DNA from: Macrostomum lignano
Taxonomy: Eukaryota
DNA length: 64,000 nt
Assembly: GCA_002269645.1 (NCBI GenBank)
Contig: NIVC01001696.1
Coordinates: forward strand, 1 to 64,000
Reading direction: 5' to 3'
Below the pieces are notes generated by a model. It saw only the letters and a program-made list of their open reading frames with translations. It was not told the origin of the DNA and searched no databases. How positions within the stretch are numbered: the first letter of the stretch is position 1; the number at the start of each line of letters is the position of its first letter. Shown here in pieces: positions 1 through 11,779 of the stretch. A program made the translations under genes and the position numbers.

Positions 1-549
1 GACACCAGCGTCTGAGGCACTCCATTCCTCGCAAAAACCGCTCTTAGAACACGCAGTACACTTTCTGGCAGATCGATCAGGCACCTGAATCGCCTCAGGC
101 CACCCTGAATAGGAGTCGGACAACAGCAGGAGCAGCCCAATACCAGAGATCTCACAGTGGTCCATGTGAACTCGCGCCCATGGCTCACTCTCGGCTGGCC
201 AGATGTCGATTTTCCGCTGAAGCACCGGTCGAGTTTCTGAGCACTGCGGACAGCGCTCCACAAAAGTCCGCACCTCGCGATCCAGGCCAGGCCACCAGAA
301 TTCCTTGGAGATGTGCGCCTGGTGTTGTCAGCACTCGGGTGTACTTCGTCATGGGCCGCCTCCAGGATGCGCCTGCGCGAGAATGGGTGGCGGCACAATT
401 CTGGTTCCATGGATCACCAGGCCATCTTCGACTGACAGAGCCTCACGACACGCCTTGTACGGTCTCTCCACCTGCGACACCTGGCCCCACCTGCCGTTCT
501 GATTCTCTGCCGGAGCCGTGTCAACAGCGAACACTCCGAGTTCCTTCAC
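1..549 (-). pseudogene. Gypsy integrase, N-terminal part (frameshifted, truncated by the window)
   Basis: LSVEDGLVIHGTRIVPP, then RVHMDH...DSYSGWPEA and VFARNGVPQTLVS in shifting frames. Confidence 0.85.
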
Positions 550-614
550 GTAGCTCTTGCAAGGTCACCAGAGCCCCTTCAGTGACGACCTCAGACTCCA
601 GCTGGTGAATTAAA

Positions 615-1110
615 TCATTCTGTGCATCTTGCTCGCGCAAAGCTCAAACGTGACAAAGCATCAGCATCCGTCATCAGCCTCCCAGGCACGTACTCGACCA
701 CGTAATCGAAAGCCGACAGTCTCAAAGCCCAGCGCATTAGTCTTGCTGACACCGTTTTGGGAAGGTTTTTGCTCGGATTGAAAATATACTTTAGCGGCTC
801 ATGGTCGGTCTGGAGAGTAAACCTCTTGCCTAGCAGCATCTTGCGAGCTCTCTCCACTGCCCAAACAATTGCAAGGGCCTCTCTCTCAATGTTCGAGTAA
901 TTTGCTTCAGACTTCGTCAGAGCACGTGACAGGTACATAACCGGATGACCTGACTGCACCAGAACAGCACCCAATGACTGCTCACTAGCATCCACGCGGA
1001 GACAGACAGGAGAGCTGACATCAAATGGTTTCACGCACGGATTCGAACTTAGGCTCTGCTTCACATAGGCAAACGCGGCTTCGGCCACAGAACTCCACTC
1101 GAACACCGGT
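615..1110 (-). pseudogene. Gypsy RNase H domain
   Basis: VDASEQSLGAVL, YSNIEREALAIVWAV, TDHEPLKYIF, RWALRLSAFDY, ADALSR. Confidence 0.9.
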
Positions 1111-2533
1111 CCGCCCGGCGAAGTTCCTGCAAAGGCCGGCACTTCTCAGCAAAATTGGAGACCAACCGACCGTAGAACTGGGCCAGTCCCAGAAACCGCT
1201 CGAGGTCCTTCTTGTTCTTTGGAGCTTCCACATCCTGAATCCGCTGAACCATGCCAGGATCTGGCTTGATCCCTTCCTCATCTATTATGTGGCCAAGAAA
1301 CTTCAAACTGCGTGCTTCCATGATGCACTTTGCTTCATTGACTTTAACATTTGCCGCTCTCAGCTTGTCGAGTATTCCTGTGCGAATGTTCTCCAGCTCT
1401 GCCTTCGTCACCGCACCCATGAGGACGTCATCTTGGTACACAATGACACCTGGATGTTCGCCTAGCAGCTTCTCCATCTCACGCTGGAACACAGACGGAG
1501 AGACTTTAATGCCGTACGGCAGCCTATTGAAGCGATAACAGCCAAATGGAGTGTTGATGGTGGTGATGTCTTTAGACTCACTGTCCAGCGGTATTTGATA
1601 ATAGGCATCAGAAAGGTCAAGACGGCAAAACAGCTTCTTGTTGGCCATCTTGGAAAACGCTGTCTCTATTGATGGAGTCAGGTATGTCTGATCCTGCCCC
1701 CACTGATTGACTGCTGTGTAGTCTCCGCAAATCCTCACTGACGCCTTGTCTGACTTCACCGTCACCACAATCGGGCTGCCCCACTCCGACGATGTCACTC
1801 TCTCGACTATTCCCGCCTTCTCCATCAAGTCCAGCTCCTTTTTTACTAACGGACGCAGCGCCAATGGCAGCTCTCTGGCTGGCTGGAAGATCGGCCCGGC
1901 TCCTGTCTTCAACCGAATCTCTCCGACTGCTCCCTTAATACCCAGTAAGCTCTCATACCTGTTGCTGCTGGGTGCCTTGGCCTCATCAGAATGGTGAGCT
2001 GGCAGCGAGTTGAGCAAATCCCGGCCTAGCAGTCCAAACTTTTGCTGGCAGTCGATGACAGGCAACTCAGCGGCAATGAAGCGACCGTCCGTGCCGTCAG
2101 TCTCCACCAGGCACTCCAGGATGCCGAGCTGCTTCATCACATGACCGTCGTAGGCCAGCATCCGGGACTTCGCCGATTTCAGTGGCGGTCTGCCAAGATC
2201 TTCCCAGATCTTTCTTGATATCAGCGAGCACGCCGCACCGCTATCCTTCTCCATCTTCACCTGCTTGCCGTTGATCTTGACCATGCAGAAAGCAGCCGGG
2301 GTGCCCTCACCGCAGTAGAAGACGGGCTCATAACTGGTAGAATCTGCAGACATTGCTTTTTCTGCGGCGAAGTGAGTTTTGGCGCTCCTGCAGACTCGGG
2401 CGAAGTGTCCGAGTTTTCCGCACTGACGACAGGTGGCTTTCAGCGCCCAGCAGTCAGTTGGCTTGCGATGAGACTTCTGGCCGCAGCGCTGGCAGATCTG
2501 GCTTCCACTCACATTCGGTCTCGACTTCTCCAC
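1061..2533 (-). pseudogene. pol: Gypsy pol: CCHC knuckles, aspartic protease, reverse transcriptase
   Basis: CQRC..H..C and CRQCGKLGHFARVC; protease KDSGAACSLI; RT WGSPIVV, RICGDY, LDLSDAY, YQDDVL, FLGH. Confidence 0.92.
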
Positions 2534-3198
2534 CGCATTGACACCGGCGCGTCTTCGAGGTCCCGGCGTGGCGCATCGTGGCTAGGCGCCGTCTGGTGCA
2601 CCGCTGAACCAACTTGAGCCTGGCCTAACGCAGTCAGCGGCCCAGTCAAGAAGGTGCTCACCATCTGTAGCTGCTGCACATAGTCTGAAATCTGGTCCAC
2701 CGAAAGCTCCGACGAAACCTCACGTTCGAGCACTTTGCTTCTGATGTCCTGATTGCTGAGGCCAGCAATCAGTCGCATTTTGATCAGCTGCTCTGCTGGG
2801 TTCGCACCCTCGTCCTTTAGCTTCTCGAACTCACACACCACTGCTTGTTCTCGAAGACGGGCAGCGAAGCCGGTGATGCTCTCACCCTCGCCCTGGCGCA
2901 TGGACATGAAGGCCGCCCGCTCCGAAATCAGCAGCCTTTTCTGCGGTTCCAGAAACCGAATCAGGCACGCTTTGATGTCGGCCCACTTCATCTTAGAAAG
3001 CTGGCTCGGTGCCACCAGCTGCTTCACTTTGATTAGCTGAGCCACGCCCAGACAGCCCAGAAAAGCGTCTGTCAGTGCCAGGTTGCCGTCGGTGTCCTGC
3101 ACTCCTTTTGACCTTGCTTGAGCATCGAAGACTTCGACCCATGCCCGCAGCTCTTCAATGCTTTCCAGTGGCAGTGGGTCTCGTAGCTTGATAGACAT
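2509..3198 (-). pseudogene. gag: Gypsy gag (frameshifted before the zinc knuckles)
   Basis: ATG just after the PBS (MSIKLRDPLPLE...); Mag-like gag motifs (FMSMRQGEGESITGFAARLREQAVVCEF, IKMRLIAGL); the knuckles lie in another frame. Confidence 0.85.
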
Positions 3199-3205
3199 GC
3201 ATGCG

Positions 3206-3223
3206 ATCCTGCTCGCGACGCCA
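3206..3223 (-). promoter_or_regulatory. Primer-binding site, tRNA-Ser-like
   Basis: Minus strand TGGCGTCGCGAGCAGGAT; its complement ATCCTGCTCGCGACG-CCA resembles the 3' end of a tRNA-Ser(CGA)-type tRNA (from memory). Confidence 0.75.
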
Positions 3224-3226
3224 AAA

Positions 3227-3564
3227 TGTTGGAAATGACAAGCTAAGGCGAGCAATTGCTTTGAGACGAGAAAACGATAGCTCTGAGCCAATGCTCCGTG
3301 CGAAACTATTTATTATCAACGATAAAGCACGAACCCGCGACAACCCCCCAACCCAGGACTAAAACTCACCGCACTGCACATCAGAGCACGATGACAATAA
3401 TAACTTGATACGTACACTCAGACTGAACAAAAGTACAAGCACCAGTGAAATAGCATCAATACAATAATAACTTGATACGTACACTCAGACTGAACAAAAG
3501 TACAAGCACCAGTGAAATAAGCAATCAAATAATAAACAGTGCGAAGCCCCGCCCAAGCCTAACA
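3227..3564 (-). repeat. 5' LTR (338 bp) with an internal ~65-bp tandem duplication
   Basis: TGTT...AACA termini, located 3 nt from the PBS; duplicated block at ~3394-3451 and ~3461-3519. The second LTR lies outside the window, so it cannot be compared. Confidence 0.8.
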
Positions 3565-4252
3565 AGTGTCAAGCGTCAACGATTTTGGTTTCATAAACAT
3601 TGGTCCTTACTCGTGTTAAAAATACCTCAATTTTATGTCTATGGTTGAGACACCAAATGAAATCGATCCAGCCTTTAGACCACAGACCACAATTTTAGGA
3701 TCTGTATTTTAGACAGACTTGATTTAAAAACGGCCTCTGCGTTCTTCTTGGACTTCAATACACAGTTTTAATAAAGCTACAAGTGTCACAGCGAATTGTC
3801 AAAAACACAAGACAAGAGGAAGTATACTTTCACACAGAAGCATCCAGCTTTGTGCATGTCTATGGACAAAACCCCTGAAGAAGCGCTTGTAATTTGTCAA
3901 ATTTCGCTTGTCACTTGTCACTTCTAACTTGTCCGACAAGTGCTTTATGAAATCGGCCCCTGTCTGAGCCTTGGGGGTTGGTCACGGGGGTGGCACAAGG
4001 ATTCATGGCACTACAGTTGACAGACTTGGGGCTGACCCCTGCCCCCGGAAAAGTAAAGTTTGCAGCTAAAAAGCCTACAATAGCTAAATTATAAAACTGC
4101 ATCCATAAAACTACCAAAATTACCAAGTAAGTGTTACTAAGCCATGACTTCATAAGATGATAAAAACTATAGATATTTTGCTCAGATTGAAAACAGTGTA
4201 TCAAAATGCTAAATTCTGGGAAAAGGAAATTTTTAAGTTTGCACTGATCGAG

Positions 4253-5186
4253 TGCTAAAATGAGTGCCTGCGGCGCTAAAAGGAGTGCCTGCGGCGCTAA
4301 AATGAGTGCCTGCGGCGCTAAAATGAGTGCCTGCGGCGCTAAAATGAGTGCCTGCGGCGCTAAAATGAGTGCCTGTGGCGCCAAAATGAGTGCCTGCGGC
4401 GCTAAAATGAGTGCCTGCAGCTCTAAAGTAATTGCCTGCGGATCCAAAATGAGTGCCTGCGGCGCTAAAATGAGTGCCTGCGGCGCTAAAATGAGTGCCT
4501 GCGGCGCTAAAATGAGTGCCTGCGGCGCTAAAATGAGTGCCTGCAGCTCTAAAGTAATTGCCTGCGGATCCAAAATGAGTGCCTGCGGCGCTAAAATGAG
4601 TGTCTGCAGCGCTAAAATGAGTGCCTGCGGCGCTAAAATGAGTACCTGCGGCGCTAAAATGAGTGCCTGCGGCGCTAAAATGAGTGCCTGTGGCGCTAAA
4701 ATGAGTACCTGCGGCGCTAAAATGAGTGCCTGCGGCGCTAAAATGAGTGCCTGCGGCGCTAAAATGAGTGCCTGCAGCTCTAAAGTAATTGCCTGCGGAT
4801 CCAAAATGAGTGCCTGCGGATCCAAAATGAGTGCCTGCGGCGCTAAAATGAGTGCCTGCGGCGCTAAAATGAGTGTCTGCAGCGCTAAAATGAATGCCTG
4901 CGGCGCTAAAATGAGTGCCTGTGGCGCTAAAATGAGTACCTGCGGCGCTAAAATGAGTGCCTGCGGCGCTAAAATGAGTGACTGCGGCGCTAAAATGAGT
5001 ACCTGCGGCGCTAAAATGAGTGCCTGCGGTGCCAAAATGAGTGCCTGCAGCGCTAAAATGAGTGTCTGCGGTGCTAAAATGAGTGTCTGCAGCGCTAAAA
5101 TGAGTGCCTGTGGCGCTAAAATGAGTGCCTGCGGCGCTAAAATGAGTGCCTGCGGCGCCAAAATTAGTGCCTGCGGATCCAAAATA
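4253..5186. repeat. 21-bp minisatellite (AAAATGAGTGCCTGCGGCGCT)n
   Basis: Direct tandem array; explains the periodic ORFs MSACGAK and LILAPQA. Confidence 0.97.
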
Positions 5187-5544
5187 AGTACACTTTAAAA
5201 GTTCTATACAAATACTAACCTTCTTAGAAATTCTGAAATCAGAGCTCGTGCTCTAGCACTCTTGTACTTTCATTTATCTGCCTGGCAGTTGGGATTGTTT
5301 GTTTACTATTAAATTCCTCTCTACTAACAATTAATCCATCAGTCCTCTGCTGCTGTCAGAGAGTTTGTCTATTCATAGTCAGGATTTTCTGTTTGCATTT
5401 GTTTTATCACGGTTTCTTGAATGCTTTGTTGAATACTTTGCTTTGCAAAATATGCGCAATCTACTACTAAAGTTTACTTTACAACTTCCTCAGTAGAACA
5501 TTGCGCTTGAGATACGCTGCAATATCGAAGGCGCACAGATGAGA

Positions 5545-6030
5545 GGCGCCAATATGAATGGCGCCAAGATAAAAGACACCAAGATAAAGGGCGCCAAGAT
5601 AAAAGGCGCCAAGATAATGGGCGCCAAGATAAAAGGCGCCAAGATAAAAGGCGCCAAGATAAAGGGCGCCAAGATAAAAGGCACCAAGATAAAGGGCGCC
5701 AAGATAAAAGGCACCAAGATAAAGGGCGCCAAGATAAAGGGCGCCAAGATAAAGGGCGCCAAGATAATGGGCGCCAAGATGAAGGGAGCCAAGATGAAGG
5801 GCGCCAAGATAAAAGGCGCCAAGATAAAGGGCGCCAAGATAAAAGGCACCAAGAAAAAGGGCGCCAAGATAAAAGGCACCAAGATAAAAGGCGCCAAGAT
5901 AATGGGCGCCAAGATGAAGGGCGCCAAGATAAAGGGCGCCAAGATAAAAGGCACCAAGATAAAGGGCGCCAAGATGAAGGGCGCCAAGATGAAGGGCGCC
6001 AAGATGAGTGGCGCTAAGATGAGTGGCAAA
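5545..6030. repeat. 15-bp minisatellite (GGCGCCAAGATAAAA)n
   Basis: Tandem array; explains the GAKIK and APFIL ORFs. Confidence 0.95.
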
Positions 6031-6397
6031 AGATAACTGGCAATAAAGAATTAAAATGCAGCAATGAAGTCAAACTGATAAAATATGAAAATATTTATAA
6101 ACTTTCTTAAACCATTTTTACACATGTACATACCGGATGCAGTAAAATATTTACGGAATTAATTAAAAATCTTCACTTTTTCACAGAAGCAACAGAATTA
6201 ACTATTGACAGGTAACTGATTTTTGTCGTTTTCTGGCTAATCAGTTTTTTTTTAAATTACGCAAAAATAATTTGCAATTTATTGTCATAAAAAGCGCATA
6301 AAATATGGTTTAAATCGATATACACATAAAAATTTTTTTTACTTTTGTTTGAAGCACAAAACAACTGAGATACAATCCATCATTTCAGACAGACTCG

Positions 6398-6968
6398 CAC
6401 CTGCCTGATGTACACATCCCCAATCATCGCACCTGCCTGATGTACACATCCTCAATCATCACACCTGCCTGATGTACACATCCTCAATCATCACACCTGT
6501 CTGATGTACACATCCTCAATCATAACACCTGTCTGATGTACACATCCTCAATCATCACACCTGTCTGATGTACACATCCTCAATCATCGCACCTGCCTGA
6601 TGTACACATCCTCAATCATCACACCTGCCTGATGTACACATCCTCAATCATCACACCTGTCTGATGTACACATCCTCAATCATCACACCTGCCTGATGTA
6701 CACATCCTCAATCATCACACCTGTCTGATGTACACATCCTCAATCATCACACCTGCCTGATGTACACATCCTCAATCATCACACCTGTCTGATGTACACA
6801 TCCTCAATCATCACACCTGCCTGATGTACACATCCTCAATCATCACACCTGCCTGATGTACACATCCTCAATCATCACACCTGCCTGATGTACACATCCT
6901 CAATCATCACACCTGCCTGATGTACACATCCTCAATCATCACACCTGCCTGATGTACACATCCTCAAT
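6398..6968. repeat. 32-bp minisatellite (CACACCTGCCTGATGTACACATCCTCAATCAT)n
   Basis: About 18 near-identical units. Confidence 0.95.
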
Positions 6969-6995
6969 CACCACACCCACCCCACAGAAGGTCAG

Positions 6996-8519
6996 TCAGA
7001 CCAGCTGCAGCATCCGCAGCCGCCTGCACACGGAGCAGTTGTCGCTGTAGGCAGACGACCTCAATCCGCTCCTCACGACTCCGCTGCCAGATCGACGCGA
7101 CAGGCGGCACTGGCAGGAGTCCGGGCTGATCTGCACAATTCCGCCACCGCTGCCGCCGCCTCCCAGCGACCAGCCCTGGCGCGACAGCGGACGCAGCTCC
7201 GCTGGCAACGGCATGATCGACCTCGTGATTGGCAGGAAATTGTTGTCAGAATTAACGACATTGCCAGGCGGCGGCGCGGACGCTGAACGGATCAGGCAGT
7301 TGCCGGTGTACAGGCGGCACAGGCGAGTCCGGGTCTTCGGTATGAACAGGCTGAGCTCGGGTGGGACAGGACGCGGCTCGGAGTTCTTCTGCCGGTGCTT
7401 GGCGACCTCGGCTAGCAGGTGCTCCTGGTACAGCTGGTTTGCTGACTTCTGGTGCCGGGGCGGTACGACGCTGGCTGAAGACCGCGGCCTCGGGTACACC
7501 TGCCGCTGCTTCTGTCGGAGCGGCTTCTTCACGCGACGTTTTGCCGGGTCCCGCTGGGCCATCTGGTCAAACAGGTCGTCCAACTCGACAATGTCTTCGT
7601 CTGGATCGTCGAGACGCCACAGTTCGGCGATCAGAGCTTCGGATTCGCTGGCTTCCGCCGCTGCTGCCGCCGCCGCTGCCGCCGACTCGTTGCGTCGTTT
7701 GGCCGATCGCTGAAACCGCACAGGGAATCTGCCGCTCTGTGGACGAGCCGCCAGCGACGCCGGCGCAGCCCCGACGCCGTTGACCTTGGCCGAGGCGCTG
7801 CCGCCCCAGCAGAGGTCGTCCGAGGTCAAGGGCGGTTGGCGCTTGTAGTGGGGCGGCTGCTGCTTGCTGGAGCGCGGGCGAAACGTGGTGTGCAGATTGT
7901 TCCAGTTCACCTTGGAGGGGTTCGCTGCACTGACTGTGCCGCTGGCTGCAGGTGAATTCAAGTATTTTGAAATTAATAATAATACATGATAAATATTGAG
8001 TACACCTGTCCTAATTGGGCCAGATGTGCAACCGACAGCTCAGCCGCAGCTATTGCGCGGCGCATCTGAAGGCTTCGTACGGCTGTTCAGTGCCATGACA
8101 CACACCCTCAATTACCCCAGCTAATGCTGGCACCCATTTTACAGTTAGGTGAACTGAAGCAATGCAGAGTTAAGTCTCTTGCTCAAGGACACAAATTGTA
8201 GCAGTGGAATCGAGAGTCACATCCCTAACCTTAGAGTCGTGAGTTCGACGCTCTGACCACTAGGCTGCATCCCTTTAAGATTAAGTTTGGGTTAGAAATT
8301 TGGTTCATGCAAAAGAGTGCTGTTATGGAGTGAGTGCTGTCATAGAGTGCTGTTATGGATTGAGTGCTGTCATAGAGTGCTGTTATGGTGTCAGTGCTGT
8401 CATAGAGTAATATATAAATATGCACGCATAATTTCAAAAAAAATCAATTTCCGACCTTCAATTGTCAGTCCGTTCCGCTTATTTTGAGCATCGTCAGACG
8501 CTGGAATCTGCTGCATCAT
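6996..8519 (-). CDS. Uncharacterised low-complexity protein, 2 exons: 8519-8456 and 7945-6996
   Basis: GC-rich 320-codon open frame with acceptor CTGCAG at 7946. The upstream mini-exon MMQQIPASDDAQNKRNGLTIE joins in phase 1 via a weak donor (G|GTCGGA). No family recognised. Confidence 0.6.
8002..8273 (-). mobile_element. tRNA-derived SINE with CORE-like central domain (copy 1)
   Basis: Minus strand has A-box CAGCCTAGTGG, a degenerate B-box, and TGTGTCCTTGAGCAAGAGACTTAAC...CTGTAAATGGG, which resembles the MIR/CORE domain. Three copies in the window. Confidence 0.8.
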
Positions 8520-8978
8520 CAACTTATGATAATTAACCTAATTACTGTACTGAAAAAAACTATTTAGATGCAGGTGACCAGACCAGTTTAAACGAAGTGT
8601 TTCTGCTATATAACTGAGCTATATTGAGCAGACCTACATAGCAAATAATATGCTTAAAAACTTGACAGAAAGTGGAGGGAAAGGTGTAGATGAAGAACTG
8701 GTAGCTGAGATGCGCTGCTGAGGCTAGCATATAGAGACAGGACAGAACCTATGCATACGGCTAGGGGTTATTTATCTATCTAACTCATTGCAGTGAGCAG
8801 TGCAAAGTAAGAAAATCTGTACAGAGCCAAGACGACATCGGGGTGCGAGCCATCTCTCCTGTCAGTGCGCAAAAACGAATAATGGAAAAGCGCTGCAGAA
8901 CCCCCCCCCCTACCGCTGCAACTGCGTTTTAAATAATTAATCTTTGTTATACTGCGCTCCAGTCTTTTTTACGACTAC

Positions 8979-9788
8979 CAGGGGCGTCGCCATTGGATTT
9001 TATAGAATTAGAGGTTAGAGGTTAGACAAAGCCAAGATTTCTATATTACAGGACTGAATTCCTACAATTTTTTGGGAAGCAGTATTGTTTAGCTCTCACT
9101 TTGGCGCCACAGGCACTCACTTTGGCGCCGCAGGCACTCATTATGGCGCCGCAGGCACTCATTTTGGCGCTGCAGGCACTCATTATGGCGCCACAGGCAC
9201 TCACTTTGGCGCCGCAGGCACTCATTATGGCGCCACAGGCACTCACTTTGGCGCCGCAGACACTCATTATGGCGCCGCAGGCACTCATTTTGGCGCCGCA
9301 GGCACTCATTATGGCGCCACAGGCACTCATTTTGGCGCCACAGGCACTCACTTTGGCGCCGCAGACAGACATTCATTTTGGCGCCGCAGGCACTCATTTT
9401 AGCGCCGCAGGCACTCATTTTGGCCCCGCCAAACACTTATTATGGCGCCGCAGGCACTCATTTTAGCGCCGCAGGCACTCATTTTGGCGCCGCAGACAGA
9501 CATTCATTTTGGCGCCGCAGGCACTCATTTTGGCGCCGCAGACAGACATTCATTTTGGCGCCGCAGGCACTCATTTTAGCGCCGCAGGCACTCATTTTAG
9601 CGCCACAGGCACTCATTTTAGCGCCGCAGACGGGCGCTATCATTTCGGCGCCTCAAACAGGCACTTATTTTGGGGCCGAAAGCGCTATGAAGCAAAACTA
9701 TTGATTTCCATAAGGGGTCACAAGGTGTGGTGGGGGACAATTAAAGTATTGGCATGTCCCCCCATAGCTTTTACTGGGGACGCCACAG
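8979..9788. mobile_element. hAT-type MITE carrying the 21-bp minisatellite
   Basis: Imperfect TIRs CAGGGGCGTCGCCA / CTGGGGACGCCACAG; flanks ACGACTAC / ACGACTTA (6/8 TSD match); subterminal GGGGGACA...TGTCCCCC hairpin. Confidence 0.65.
9095..9680. repeat. 21-bp minisatellite, reverse complement of the 4253-5186 family
   Basis: Unit CACTCATTTTGGCGCCGCAGG. Confidence 0.95.
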
Positions 9789-10621
9789 ACGACTTATGTT
9801 TATAATGTTTATATTGTTTTATTGTTTATAATGTTTGTAATGTTTATAAATAAACTGAAGTTAGTTAGTCTCTAGCAAACGTTTTGGTAAAGAAAACAAT
9901 ATCTCTCTAAACAACAAGCAAAGATTAACAACTCCTGGACATTAAGAATGGATCGACATTATATAAGACCCAATAAGAAATTACGTGGCTTCTACATGTC
10001 TGAATAATTAACAAGCATTAGAGTTGAAGTTAATGAACTTACTACTAGGTTAGTGTTAAATTCAGTAGTATGTAGCTTAAATATAGCGTTTCTTTTTTCC
10101 AGCGATCTCTATTTTTTCTGGCCATCGGGGGTGCACGGATCTACTTAAGCGAAAATTGAACCAAAGTACTGCATTCAAATTGACGCCACAAAAGTTTAAT
10201 GAAATAGTTTATAAGATGAATAAGTACAACTACGGTTTTCAGGCGAATAATTAGTCAATGGAAAACTAACTTGATCTGGTACTACTATATACCGGCGAGT
10301 TTGAAAAAATGAAAACAACTACGAGTATAACAAACAGAGTGCTAGATAAAACAAAAACGATTTTGGTCAAATGAAGCAAACATTAGTAAGAGATAAATGA
10401 GTTCGCAGACTCGCTAATAAGACCAACAGAAAAGGTAATTAAATAACAAATAAATTCTCGACTATATTTCCCTTGCATGCGCAAATTAATCTAGATTCTT
10501 CTGCAAGGAAACAATTTTAAATTGGTGCCAAAAACTACGAGTACAAGTCAGCAAAGCCCCCCCTGCTGTGCGTTTACTACTTTTTCTTAGACTGTGGCTA
10601 TACCTAGCTTGAATTACCATC

Positions 10622-11779
10622 TCAGTCAGTCTTCCCGACGACTTTTCCGTTACTACTAACAGCGGCATTATTGTCCGCCAAGTCGTCGTCATCCTCAACT
10701 TCATTATTGTCGGACATCTCCGAATCCGAGCGGATGTCTCCATCAGTCTGGCCGGTGCGCAGCAGGTACAACACGATGCGGAATATGTAGTAGGTCCAGA
10801 CACAGTGCAACACCTGCAGCAGCACAAACATGCCAACGAACATGTAGTAGACAAGACAGGGTGGAATCTCCAGCGCTGGTAGACTGTGGGCGTACACTGA
10901 GTACACTACTCGGATTGGTAGAGCTACTAGCCTAGACAGGACCCAGACGATGAGAAACACGCCGAAAGTGGCGTCGCTCAATTTCTGAGCACCCAGGTAT
11001 TTTGCCAGCTTGCCAAACGACAGGAGGGGATCTACGGCGTCATGAATGACGAGTGTTAAAAGGCCAACCCTGGTGAAGTTGAACGCCCACGACAGCAAGA
11101 TCAAACCAATTGTAACCAGATGATGAGCTGTCAGCTCGTAGAAGTCCTTTCGTTTGATATCGGCTGTCAGAGTGATTAGGGAGGAAGCGTAGAAGCCCAG
11201 TTCGAGCATGTAGTACCAGAAGGCCGCTCGGCTGAGATGGTGCTGCGGCCAGTCAAGCCACAGGTGGCGGCTGTCCCAGAAGTGCGGCTCGTTCCACTGC
11301 AGCACGAGGCCATAGGTGACGAACACGGTGTAGTAGATGAGGTACCAGCTGCACTCGGTGAATCGAGCCAACTGAGTCGGTTTGTCGCGATTCCTTCGCA
11401 ACCGAAGCCAGTTTTCTACGGATCTCTCGCTGACGTTAGCCGTCCTAGCCAGCTCCTTCAGCTCGGCAGGTGCCAGGCGCCTTCGATGGCCCAGCAACGG
11501 TTCCAGAAGTCGCGTTCGAGCGGCGAACCAGCCCGGCAAGCGGACGCGGCGATCGGACAGTTTCAAGCGCTGTCCAAGTGGCTTAAGCAAACTGTAGTGC
11601 AGCATGCCTCGGAGGAGAAGCATCAGAATGGTGCACAGCACTCCGTAGAACCACAGGTCCGACAGTTGAGGCCGAGACACGCCCGGCACTACGGCTTTGA
11701 ACTTGTGCCACGGGTATGGATCGCGCAGCCACAGCCACCACGCTGGAGGCTGCTCTGGTGACCCATTGGAGGAAGACAT
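10622..11779 (-). CDS. CERS: Ceramide synthase (LASS/CerS; Hox-like domain plus TLC/Lag1 domain), intronless CDS, 385 aa
   Basis: ELKELARTANVSERSVENWLRLRRN (Hox-like); FTECSWYLIYY; YYMLELGFY; RKDFYELTAHHLVTIGLI; LVIHDAVD Lag1p motif. Confidence 0.95.
   Translation of the reverse strand: MSSSNGSPEQPPAWWLWLRDPYPWHKFKAVVPGVSRPQLSDLWFYGVLCTILMLLLRGMLHYSLLKPLGQRLKLSDRRVRLPGWFAARTRLLEPLLGHRRRLAPAELKELARTANVSERSVENWLRLRRNRDKPTQLARFTECSWYLIYYTVFVTYGLVLQWNEPHFWDSRHLWLDWPQHHLSRAAFWYYMLELGFYASSLITLTADIKRKDFYELTAHHLVTIGLILLSWAFNFTRVGLLTLVIHDAVDPLLSFGKLAKYLGAQKLSDATFGVFLIVWVLSRLVALPIRVVYSVYAHSLPALEIPPCLVYYMFVGMFVLLQVLHCVWTYYIFRIVLYLLRTGQTDGDIRSDSEMSDNNEVEDDDDLADNNAAVSSNGKVVGKTD

Larger units (their letters stand above)
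1..3564 (-). mobile_element. Ty3/Gypsy LTR retrotransposon (Mag-like), 5' portion; continues beyond the window start
   Basis: LTR, then PBS, gag, two CCHC knuckles, protease, RT (YQDD), RNase H (TDHEPL, ADALSR), integrase (RVHMDH; ARNGVPQTLVS). This is the Gypsy domain order. Confidence 0.95.

Noticed and set aside
2530-2560. Programmed gag-pol ribosomal frameshift
   Set aside because: No X XXY YYZ slippery site, the shift falls upstream of the gag zinc knuckles, and similar single-base shifts recur inside pol.
3565-3962. Possible transposase fragment or DNA transposon end (CAGGGGCCGATTTCATAAAG on the minus strand)
   Set aside because: Frames are short and interrupted; the other end would lie beyond the Gypsy insertion outside the window, so TIR and TSD cannot be verified.
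3911-6036. Long periodic ORFs (LILAPQA, MSACGAK, GAKIK, APFIL)
   Set aside because: Translations of 21-bp and 15-bp minisatellites that are open on both strands; no unique sequence or splice context. The same applies to the ORFs at 9046-9805, 13064-13748, 21532-22542, 26104-26951, 37662-39044, 59630-59972 and 60838-61329.
8017-8273. tRNA gene
   Set aside because: The tRNA-like head is degenerate and fused to a ~200-bp repeated body, so it is a SINE and not a functional tRNA.
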